This document shows, piece by piece, positions 45,352 through 56,694 of a stretch of DNA of 64,000 nucleotides. The stretch's first letter is position 1. Every line of letters starts with the position of its first letter. The notes under the pieces were generated by a model, which was given only the letters and a program-made list of their open reading frames with translations, was not told where the DNA came from and ran no database searches. The translations under genes were made by a program, and so were the position numbers. The stretch lies in NCBI GenBank assembly GCA_964019425.1, contig OZ025805.1, positions 744,001 to 808,000 of the forward strand, in the 5' to 3' direction. Origin of the DNA: Flectonema sp. DT1601. Its lineage: Eukaryota.

Positions 45352-46868
45352 CTCTGCCTCTCTCTTAATTCTGTTCGTTTCTTTGAAACGAAAATTCATT
45401 TGAATATTATTACTTGGTCAGCAACCATCATTGTCGCCCTTTGGGCCTGTTAAAAAAAATAAAAAATAAAAAGAAAGTTTACATCGGGAATAGGGCAGGA
45501 GCCAAAAGCTCCCAGTCCGTTACTTCCCACTTTATCGAAATTCACCGTGTGTGGAACTGGCAGGTTTTTAAAAAATTTGCGTGGAGTTGGCAAGTTTTTT
45601 GAAAGTTTACGTGTGGAGCTGGCAGGTTTTTAAAAAATTTGCATGGAGTTGGCAGGTTTTTTGAAACTTTGTGTGTGGGCCGACGAATTTTGCAAACTTT
45701 GCGTGTGGAGCTGGCAGGTTTTTAAAAATTTGCGTGGAGTTGTCAGGTTTTTTGAAACTTTGCGTGTGGGCTGACGAATGTTGCAAACTTTGCGTGTGGA
45801 GCTGGCAAAATTTGCGTGGAATTGGCAAGTTTTTCGAAAGTTTGTGTGTGGAATTGGCAGGTTTTTAAAAAAATTGCGTGGAGTTGGCAGGTTTTTTAAA
45901 ACTTTGTGTGGGCTGACGAATTTTGCAAACTTTGCGTGTAGATGGCAGGTTTTGCAAAATTTGCATGGAGTTGGCAGGTTTTTTGAAACTTTGTGTGTGG
46001 AACTGGCAGGTTTTTAAAAAATTTGCGTTGAGTTGACAGGTTTTTTGAAACTTTGTGTGTGGGCTGACGAATGTTGCAAACTTTGTGTGTGGAGCTGGCA
46101 GGTTTTTAAAAACTTTGCGTGTGGAGCTGGCAGGTTTTTAAAAAAATTGCGTGGAGTTGACAGGTTTTTTGAAACTTTGTGTGTGGGCTGACGAATTTTG
46201 CAAACTTTGCGTGTGGAGTTGGCAGGTTTTTTGAAACTTTGTGTGTGGAACTGGCAGGTTTTTAAAAAATTTGCGTGGAGTTGGCAAGTTTTTTGAAAGT
46301 TTGCGTGTGGAGCTGGCAGGTTTTTAAAAAAATTGTGTGTGGGCTGACGAATTTTGCAAACTTTGCGTGTGGAGCTGGCACGTTTTTAAAAAATTTGCGT
46401 GGAGTTGAGGTTTTTTGAAACTTTGCGTGTGGGCTGACGAATTTTGCAAACTTTGCGTGTGGAGCTGGCACGTTTTTAAAAAAATTGCGTGGAGTTGGCA
46501 GGTTTTTTGAAACTTTGTGTGTGGAGCTAGCAAGTTTTTAAAAAATTTGCGTGGAATTGACAGGTTTTTTGAAACTTTGCGTGTGGGCTGACGAATTTTG
46601 CAAACTTTGCGTGTGGAGCTGGCAGGTTTTTAAAAATTTTGCGTGGAGTTGGCAGGTTTTTTGAAACTTTGTGTGTGGGCCGACGAATTTTGCAAACTTT
46701 GCGTGTGGAGCTGGCAGGTTTTCGAAAAAATTGCGTGGAGTTGGCAAGTTTTTTAAAACTTTGTGTGTGGGCTGACGAATTTTGCAAACTTTGCGTGTGG
46801 AGTTGGCAGGTTTTTTGATTTTTTTTTTTTTCATGTTTGATTATTTCCTCTTCATATTTTTTTTTTTC

Positions 46869-46900
<32 letters not shown>

Positions 46901-48449
46901 CTCTGCCTCTCTCTTAATTCTGTTCGTTTCTTTGAAACGAAAATTCATTTGAATATTATTACTTGGTCAGCAACCATCATTGTCGCCCTTTGGGCCTGTT
47001 AAAAAAAATAAAAAATAAAAAGAAAGTTTACATCGGGAATAGGGCAGGAGCCAAAAGCTCCCAGTCCGTTACTTCCCACTTTATCGAAATTCACCGTGTG
47101 TGGAACTGGCAGGTTTTTAAAAAATTTGCGTGGAGTTGGCAAGTTTTTTGAAAGTTTACGTGTGGAGCTGGCAGGTTTTTAAAAAATTTGCATGGAGTTG
47201 GCAGGTTTTTTGAAACTTTGTGTGTGGGCCGACGAATTTTGCAAACTTTGCGTGTGGAGCTGGCAGGTTTTTAAAAATTTGCGTGGAGTTGTCAGGTTTT
47301 TTGAAACTTTGCGTGTGGGCTGACGAATGTTGCAAACTTTGCGTGTGGAGCTGGCAAAATTTGCGTGGAATTGGCAAGTTTTTCGAAAGTTTGTGTGTGG
47401 AATTGGCAGGTTTTTAAAAAAATTGCGTGGAGTTGGCAGGTTTTTTAAAACTTTGTGTGGGCTGACGAATTTTGCAAACTTTGCGTGTAGATGGCAGGTT
47501 TTGCAAAATTTGCATGGAGTTGGCAGGTTTTTTGAAACTTTGTGTGTGGAACTGGCAGGTTTTTAAAAAATTTGCGTTGAGTTGACAGGTTTTTTGAAAC
47601 TTTGTGTGTGGGCTGACGAATGTTGCAAACTTTGTGTGTGGAGCTGGCAGGTTTTTAAAAACTTTGCGTGTGGAGCTGGCAGGTTTTTAAAAAAATTGCG
47701 TGGAGTTGACAGGTTTTTTGAAACTTTGTGTGTGGGCTGACGAATTTTGCAAACTTTGCGTGTGGAGTTGGCAGGTTTTTTGAAACTTTGTGTGTGGAAC
47801 TGGCAGGTTTTTAAAAAATTTGCGTGGAGTTGGCAAGTTTTTTGAAAGTTTGCGTGTGGAGCTGGCAGGTTTTTAAAAAAATTGTGTGTGGGCTGACGAA
47901 TTTTGCAAACTTTGCGTGTGGAGCTGGCACGTTTTTAAAAAAATTGCGTGGAGTTGGCAGGTTTTTTGAAACTTTGTGTGTGGAGCTAGCAAGTTTTTAA
48001 AAAATTTGCGTGGAGTTGAGGTTTTTTGAAACTTTGCGTGTGGGCTGACGAATTTTGCAAACTTTGCGTGTGGAGCTGGCACGTTTTTAAAAAAATTGCG
48101 TGGAGTTGGCAGGTTTTTTGAAACTTTGTGTGTGGAGCTAGCAAGTTTTTAAAAAATTTGCGTGGAATTGACAGGTTTTTTGAAACTTTGCGTGTGGAGC
48201 TGGCAGGTTTTTAAAAATTTTGCGTGGAGTTGGCAGGTTTTTTGAAACTTTGTGTGTGGGCCGACGAATTTTGCAAACTTTGCGTGTGGAGCTGGCAGGT
48301 TTTCGAAAAAATTGCGTGGAGTTGGCAAGTTTTTTAAAACTTTGTGTGTGGGCTGACGAATTTTGCAAACTTTGCGTGTGGAGTTGGCAGGTTTTTTGAT
48401 TTTTTTTTTTTTCATGTTTGATTATTTCCTCTTCATATTTTTTTTTTTC

Positions 48450-48481
<32 letters not shown>

Positions 48482-49998
48482 CTCTGCCTCTCTCTTAATT
48501 CTGTTCGTTTCTTTGAAACGAAAATTCATTTGAATATTATTACTTGGTCAGCAACCATCATTGTCGCCCTTTGGGCCTGTTAAAAAAAATAAAAAATAAA
48601 AAGAAAGTTTACATCGGGAATAGGGCAGGAGCCAAAAGCTCCCAGTCCGTTACTTCCCACTTTATCGAAATTCACCGTGTGTGGAACTGGCAGGTTTTTA
48701 AAAAATTTGCGTGGAGTTGGCAAGTTTTTTGAAAGTTTACGTGTGGAGCTGGCAGGTTTTTAAAAAATTTGCATGGAGTTGGCAGGTTTTTTGAAACTTT
48801 GTGTGTGGGCCGACGAATTTTGCAAACTTTGCGTGTGGAGCTGGCAGGTTTTTAAAAATTTGCGTGGAGTTGTCAGGTTTTTTGAAACTTTGCGTGTGGG
48901 CTGACGAATGTTGCAAACTTTGCGTGTGGAGCTGGCAAAATTTGCGTGGAATTGGCAAGTTTTTCGAAAGTTTGTGTGTGGAATTGGCAGGTTTTTAAAA
49001 AAATTGCGTGGAGTTGGCAGGTTTTTTAAAACTTTGTGTGGGCTGACGAATTTTGCAAACTTTGGGTGTAGATGGCAGGTTTTGCAAAATTTGCATGGAG
49101 TTGGCAGGTTTTTTGAAACTTTGTGTGTGGAACTGGCAGGTTTTTAAAAAATTTGCGTTGAGTTGACAGGTTTTTTGAAACTTTGTGTGTGGGCTGACGA
49201 ATGTTGCAAACTTTGTGTGTGGAGCTGGCAGGTTTTTAAAAACTTTGCGTGTGGAGCTGGCAGGTTTTTAAAAAAATTGCGTGGAGTTGACAGGTTTTTT
49301 GAAACTTTGTGTGTGGGCTGACGAATTTTGCAAACTTTGCGTGTGGAGTTGGCAGGTTTTTTGAAACTTTGTGTGTGGAACTGGCAGGTTTTTAAAAAAT
49401 TTGCGTGGAGTTGGCAAGTTTTTTGAAAGTTTGCGTGTGGAGCTGGCAGGTTTTTAAAAAAATTGTGTGTGGGCTGACGAATTTTGCAAACTTTGCGTGT
49501 GGAGCTGGCACGTTTTTAAAAAATTTGCGTGGAGTTGAGGTTTTTTGAAACTTTGCGTGTGGGCTGACGAATTTTGCAAACTTTGCGTGTGGAGCTGGCA
49601 CGTTTTTAAAAAAATTGCGTGGAGTTGGCAGGTTTTTTGAAACTTTGTGTGTGGAGCTAGCAAGTTTTTAAAAAATTTGCGTGGAATTGACAGGTTTTTT
49701 GAAACTTTGCGTGTGGGCTGACGAATTTTGCAAACTTTGCGTGTGGAGCTGGCAGGTTTTTAAAAATTTTGCGTGGAGTTGGCAGGTTTTTTGAAACTTT
49801 GTGTGTGGGCCGACGAATTTTGCAAACTTTGCGTGTGGAGCTGGCAGGTTTTCGAAAAAATTGCGTGGAGTTGGCAAGTTTTTTAAAACTTTGTGTGTGG
49901 GCTGACGAATTTTGCAAACTTTGCGTGTGGAGTTGGCAGGTTTTTTGATTTTTTTTTTTTTCATGTTTGATTATTTCCTCTTCATATTTTTATTTTTC

Positions 49999-50030
<32 letters not shown>

Positions 50031-51547
50031 CTCTGCCTCTCTCTTAATTCTGTTCGTTTCTTTGAAACGAAAATTCATTTGAATATTATTACTTGGTCAG
50101 CAACCATCATTGTCGCCCTTTGGGCCTGTTAAAAAAAATAAAAAATAAAAAGAAAGTTTACATCGGGAATAGGGCAGGAGCCAAAAGCTCCCAGTCCGTT
50201 ACTTCCCACTTTATCGAAATTCACCGTGTGTGGAACTGGCAGGTTTTTAAAAAATTTGCGTGGAGTTGGCAAGTTTTTTGAAAGTTTACGTGTGGAGCTG
50301 GCAGGTTTTTAAAAAATTTGCATGGAGTTGGCAGGTTTTTTGAAACTTTGTGTGTGGGCCGACGAATTTTGCAAACTTTGCGTGTGGAGCTGGCAGGTTT
50401 TTAAAAATTTGCGTGGAGTTGTCAGGTTTTTTGAAACTTTGCGTGTGGGCTGACGAATGTTGCAAACTTTGCGTGTGGAGCTGGCAAAATTTGCGTGGAA
50501 TTGGCAAGTTTTTCGAAAGTTTGTGTGTGGAATTGGCAGGTTTTTAAAAAAATTGCGTGGAGTTGGCAGGTTTTTTAAAACTTTGTGTGGGCTGACGAAT
50601 TTTGCAAACTTTGCGTGTAGATGGCAGGTTTTGCAAAATTTGCATGGAGTTGGCAGGTTTTTTGAAACTTTGTGTGTGGAACTGGCAGGTTTTTAAAAAA
50701 TTTGCGTTGAGTTGACAGGTTTTTTGAAACTTTGTGTGTGGGCTGACGAATGTTGCAAACTTTGTGTGTGGAGCTGGCAGGTTTTTAAAAACTTTGCGTG
50801 TGGAGCTGGCAGGTTTTTAAAAAAATTGCGTGGAGTTGACAGGTTTTTTGAAACTTTGTGTGTGGGCTGACGAATTTTGCAAACTTTGCGTGTGGAGTTG
50901 GCAGGTTTTTTGAAACTTTGTGTGTGGAACTGGCAGGTTTTTAAAAAATTTGCGTGGAGTTGGCAAGTTTTTTGAAAGTTTGCGTGTGGAGCTGGCAGGT
51001 TTTTAAAAAAATTGTGTGTGGGCTGACGAATTTTGCAAACTTTGCGTGTGGAGCTGGCACGTTTTTAAAAAATTTGCGTGGAGTTGAGGTTTTTTGAAAC
51101 TTTGCGTGTGGGCTGACGAATTTTGCAAACTTTGCGTGTGGAGCTGGCACGTTTTTAAAAAAATTGCGTGGAGTTGGCAGGTTTTTTGAAACTTTGTGTG
51201 TGGAGCTAGCAAGTTTTTAAAAAATTTGCGTGGAATTGACAGGTTTTTTGAAACTTTGCGTGTGGGCTGACGAATTTTGCAAACTTTGCGTGTGGAGCTG
51301 GCAGGTTTTTAAAAATTTTGCGTGGAGTTGGCAGGTTTTTTGAAACTTTGTGTGTGGGCCGACGAATTTTGCAAACTTTGCGTGTGGAGCTGGCAGGTTT
51401 TCGAAAAAATTGCGTGGAGTTGGCAAGTTTTTTAAAACTTTGTGTGTGGGCTGACGAATTTTGCAAACTTTGCGTGTGGAGTTGGCAGGTTTTTTGATTT
51501 TTTTTTTTTTCATGTTTGATTATTTCCTCTTCATATTTTTTTTTTTC

Positions 51548-51579
<32 letters not shown>

Positions 51580-53158
51580 CTCTGCCTCTCTCTTAATTCT
51601 GTTCGTTTCTTTGAAACGAAAATTCATTTGAATATTATTACTTGGTCAGCAACCATCATTGTCGCCCTTTGGGCCTGTTAAAAAAAATAAAAAATAAAAA
51701 GAAAGTTTACATCGGGAATAGGGCAGGAGCCAAAAGCTCCCAGTCCGTTACTTCCCACTTTATCGAAATTCACCGTGTGTGGAACTGGCAGGTTTTTAAA
51801 AAATTTGCGTGGAGTTGGCAAGTTTTTTGAAAGTTTACGTGTGGAGCTGGCAGGTTTTTAAAAAATTTGCATGGAGTTGGCAGGTTTTTTGAAACTTTGT
51901 GTGTGGGCCGACGAATTTTGCAAACTTTGCGTGTGGAGCTGGCAGGTTTTTAAAAATTTGCGTGGAGTTGTCAGGTTTTTTGAAACTTTGCGTGTGGGCT
52001 GACGAATGTTGCAAACTTTGCGTGTGGAGCTGGCAAAATTTGCGTGGAATTGGCAAGTTTTTCGAAAGTTTGTGTGTGGAATTGGCAGGTTTTTAAAAAA
52101 ATTGCGTGGAGTTGGCAGGTTTTTTAAAACTTTGTGTGGGCTGACGAATTTTGCAAACTTTGCGTGTAGATGGCAGGTTTTGCAAAATTTGCATGGAGTT
52201 GGCAGGTTTTTTGAAACTTTGTGTGTGGAACTGGCAGGTTTTTAAAAAATTTGCGTTGAGTTGACAGGTTTTTTGAAACTTTGTGTGTGGGCTGACGAAT
52301 GTTGCAAACTTTGTGTGTGGAGCTGGCAGGTTTTTAAAAACTTTGCGTGTGGAGCTGGCAGGTTTTTAAAAAAATTGCGTGGAGTTGACAGGTTTTTTGA
52401 AACTTTGTGTGTGGGCTGACGAATTTTGCAAACTTTGCGTGTGGAGTTGGCAGGTTTTTTGAAACTTTGTGTGTGGAACTGGCAGGTTTTTAAAAAATTT
52501 GCGTGGAGTTGGCAAGTTTTTTGAAAGTTTGCGTGTGGAGCTGGCAGGTTTTTAAAAAAATTGTGTGTGGGCTGACGAATTTTGCAAACTTTGCGTGTGG
52601 AGCTGGCACGTTTTTAAAAAAATTGCGTGGAGTTGGCAGGTTTTTTGAAACTTTGTGTGTGGAGCTAGCAAGTTTTTAAAAAATTTGCGTGGAGTTGAGG
52701 TTTTTTGAAACTTTGCGTGTGGGCTGACGAATTTTGCAAACTTTGCGTGTGGAGCTGGCACGTTTTTAAAAAAATTGCGTGGAGTTGGCAGGTTTTTTGA
52801 AACTTTGTGTGTGGAGCTAGCAAGTTTTTAAAAAATTTGCGTGGAATTGACAGGTTTTTTGAAACTTTGCGTGTGGGCTGACGAATTTTGCAAACTTTGC
52901 GTGTGGAGCTGGCAGGTTTTTAAAAATTTTGCGTGGAGTTGGCAGGTTTTTTGAAACTTTGTGTGTGGGCCGACGAATTTTGCAAACTTTGCGTGTGGAG
53001 CTGGCAGGTTTTCGAAAAAATTGCGTGGAGTTGGCAAGTTTTTTAAAACTTTGTGTGTGGGCTGACGAATTTTGCAAACTTTGCGTGTGGAGTTGGCAGG
53101 TTTTTTGATTTTTTTTTTTTTCATGTTTGATTATTTCCTCTTCATATTTTTTTTTTTC

Positions 53159-53190
<32 letters not shown>

Positions 53191-55330
53191 CTCTGCCTCT
53201 CTCTTAATTCTGTTCGTTTCTTTGAAACGAAAATTCATTTGAATATTATTACTTGGTCAGCAACCATCATTGTCGCCCTTTGGGCCTGTTAAAAAAAATA
53301 AAAAATAAAAAGAAAGTTTACATCGGGAATAGGGCAGGAGCCAAAAGCTCCCAGTCCGTTACTTCCCACTTTATCGAAATTCACCGTGTGTGGAACTGGC
53401 AGGTTTTTAAAAAATTTGCGTGGAGTTGGCAAGTTTTTTGAAAGTTTACGTGTGGAGCTGGCAGGTTTTTAAAAAATTTGCATGGAGTTGGCAGGTTTTT
53501 TGAAACTTTGTGTGTGGGCCGACGAATTTTGCAAACTTTGCGTGTGGAGCTGGCAGGTTTTTAAAAATTTGCGTGGAGTTGTCAGGTTTTTTGAAACTTT
53601 GCGTGTGGGCTGACGAATGTTGCAAACTTTGCGTGTGGAGCTGGCACGTTTTTAAAAAATTTGCGTGGAGTTGGCAGGTTTTTTGAAACTTTGTGTGGGC
53701 CGACGAATTTTGCAAACTTTGCGTGTGGAGCTGGCAGGTTTTTAAAAATTTGCGTGGAGTTGTCAGGTTTTTTGAAACTTTGCGTGTGGGCTGACGAATG
53801 TTGCAAACTTTGCGTGTGGAGCTGGCAAAATTTGCGTGGAATTGGCAAGTTTTTCGAAAGTTTGTGTGTGGAATTGGCAGGTTTTTAAAAAAATTGCGTG
53901 GAGTTGGCAGGTTTTTTAAAACTTTGTGTGGGCTGACGAATTTTGCAAACTTTGCGTGTAGATGGCAGGTTTTGCAAAATTTGCATGGAGTTGGCAGGTT
54001 TTTTGAAACTTTGTGTGTGGGCCGACGAATTTTGCAAACTTTGCGTGTGGAGCTGGCAGGTTTTGCAAAATTTGCATGGAGTTGGCAGGTTTTTTGAAAC
54101 TTTGTGTGTGGAACTGGCAGGTTTTTAAAAAATTTGCGTTGAGTTGACAGGTTTTTTGAAACTTTGTGTGTGGGCTGACGAATGTTGCAAACTTTGTGTG
54201 TGGAGCTGGCAGGTTTTTAAAAACTTTGCGTGTGGAGCTGGCAGGTTTTTAAAAAAATTGCGTGGAGTTGACAGGTTTTTTGAAACTTTGTGTGTGGGCT
54301 GACGAATTTTGCAAACTTTGCGTGTGGAGTTGGCAGGTTTTTTGAAACTTTGTGTGTGGAACTGGCAGGTTTTTAAAAAATTTGCGTGGAGTTGGCAAGT
54401 TTTTTGAAAGTTTGCGTGTGGAGCTGGCAGGTTTTTAAAAAAATTGTGTGTGGGCTGACGAATTTTGCAAACTTTGCGTGTGGAGCTGGCAGGTTTTGCA
54501 AAATTTGCATGGAGTTGGCAGGTTTTTTGAAACTTTGTGTGTGGAGCTGGCAGGTTTTGAAAAAATTGCGTGGAGTTGACAGGTTTTTTGAAACTTTGCG
54601 TGTGGAGCTGGCAGGTTTTAAAAAAATTGCGTGGAGTTGACAGGTTTTTTGAAACTTTGCGTGTGGAGTTGGCAGGTTTTTCGAAACTTTGTGTGTGGAG
54701 CTGGCAAGTTTTTAAAAAAATTGCGTGGAGTTGACAGGTTTTTTGAAACTTTGCGTGTGGGCTGACGAATTTTGCAAACTTTGCGTGTGGAGCTGGCAGG
54801 TTTTTAAAAATTTGCGTGGAGTTGGCAGGTTTTTTGAAACTTTGTGTGTGGGCCGACGAATTTTGCAAACTTTGCGTGTAGATGGCAGGTTTTGCAAAAT
54901 TTGCATGGAGTTGGCAAGTTTTTTGAAAGTTTGCTTGTTGAGCTGACGAATTTTGCAAACTTTGCTTGTGGAGCTGGCAGGTTTTGCAAAATTTGCGTGG
55001 AGTTGGCAGGTTTTTTGAAAGTTTGCGTGTGGAGCTGGCAGGTTTTTAAAAAAATTGTGTGTGGGCTGACGAATTTTGCAAACTTTGCGTGTGGAGCTGG
55101 CAGGTTTTGCAAAATTTGCATGGAGTTGGCAGGTTTTTTGAAACTTTGTGTGTGGAGCTGGCAGGTTTTTAAAAAATTTGCGTAGAGTTGACAGGTTTTT
55201 TGAAACTTTGTGTGTGGGCTGACGAATGTTGCAAACTTTGCGTGTGGAGCTGGCAGGTTTTTTGATACTTTGTGTGTAGAGCTGGCAGGTTTTTAAAATT
55301 TTGTGGAGCTGGCAGTTTTTTCAAACTTGG
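42505..55330. repeat. Satellite block 4: regular ~1549 bp HOR, then tip-free degenerating edge
   Basis: Tip spacings 1548, 1549, 1581, 1549, 1549 and 1611. No tip after 53382; monomers decay by ~55260-55330. Confidence 0.97.
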
Positions 55331-55583
55331 TGTTGAAATCCAGTTGATGATTTCAAATCAATATTATTATTAACTGACTAAAGTTGAAGATCCCATGTTG
55401 GCCAAGAAAGAGGTTTGCTATTCCTAGAATTCATTCAGGTAATTTTCCACCAAGCTTAGCACCGGAAAGAAATAATCAAAGGAATCAGACAGAAAAGTGT
55501 ATGATTCCGAAGTTGGAAAAATGAACAAAACAACAGACATTTTTTATATATTCTTTAGCCTTCTATTTTTCAAAAGAAATTCT

Positions 55584-56144
55584 TTATACAGCTCGATCAC
55601 TTCTTTCTCTCACACTCACGTTTTCGAACTCCGTCCAACCTGGGACTGTACAGGAACGCGAATCAATTACAAGTCGATCTGTCAGTGGGAACTCCGTCCG
55701 ACCTGGGACTGTACAGGAACGCAAAAATACTACAAGCCGATTCCCCAAGGAGAACGGTGTCCAACCTGGGGCTGTGCAGGAACGCAAATCAATTGAAAGT
55801 CGATATGTCAACGAGAAGTCCGTCCGACCTGGGACTGTACAGGGGTGTAAATTTAAATCTACAGCAAGCCGATCTGTCAATGGGAAAGGTGTCCGACCTG
55901 GGACGGTACAGGAACGCAATTCATCCTCGAGAAGATCCATCAACTGTCAGTCAGTTAGTTTGAAATACACAACAACACCTTTATTACCTACAGGACCTGC
56001 TCCCCAAGTACTGTGAATTGTTGCGATACATCCATTACAAGGTGTTGTTGTTTTTAATATAAAATTACATCCAATTACCGTTCGGCCATCAACTTCTAAT
56101 AAACTGGTGTGAGCTTTGTGCGGATAAAGTAGTTCTAATCCTTC
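55584..56144 (-). CDS. Last two exons of an unknown minus-strand gene ending in five 21 aa repeats (LRSCTVPGxTxFxL)
   Basis: 63 bp period (55626, 55689, 55752, 55815, then 69 bp to 55884, all multiples of 3). A putative 48 bp intron at 55944-55991 (gtaggt...ctaac...acag) joins EGLELLY...WGAGP in frame to LMDLLEDE. Confidence 0.55.
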
Positions 56145-56694
56145 CTATAAGGGACCTTCGCATAGTGTCGGATTTGAACGTCCACACCCAGTAATAGTGA
56201 TAGCAATAGTAGTAGCTGAAACATTTTGAGATGGAAATATGTGTAGTACGTTTTGGTCATTGTTGTGTCTCAATGGATGGGCTTTGTAGAACGTCGTTCT
56301 TTAGCAAACCAAGTATCTACCCAGTCTGACCTTCTCCTGTTTTTAAATAAAAGAAAGAAGAAAGAAGTACGTGTTAAAAGAAATGCAGGATATTAATCCT
56401 TGAGTGATTGGTCATCCTATGTACTGTGCGAACTCATACTTTTCTTTCCTTACAGATTTACAGTTATGTGATTGTGGATGGCAAATCCCGACTGACGGGT
56501 TATCACCCAATCCACTTGAAGTCGCATTGCATAGTAAGATCATATTACACGTGTTCTAATTCTGTAACAACCTTTCAGAGATCATAAGACACATGTTCTG
56601 AACATGTTTTAATTCAGGTCATACAAAAAAAGAAAATGGATGTCCGGTTTCTTTGCATGAAGTAAAGGAAATTATTAATACGAACGTACCTTTC

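Noticed and set aside
25..55185. Dozens of 60-277 aa ORFs in the satellite (KTCQLH.., MVSNHH.. etc.)
   Set aside because: Translations of tandem repeats and of the UTR tip; they occur in several overlapping frames and mostly have TTG/GTG starts.
1..55330. Telomeric repeat or HeT-A/TART-like telomere array
   Set aside because: The G-rich strand and most element 3' ends point toward the unique DNA, the monomer is 30-32 bp and heterogeneous, and one element is inverted. A subtelomeric location cannot be excluded from this window.
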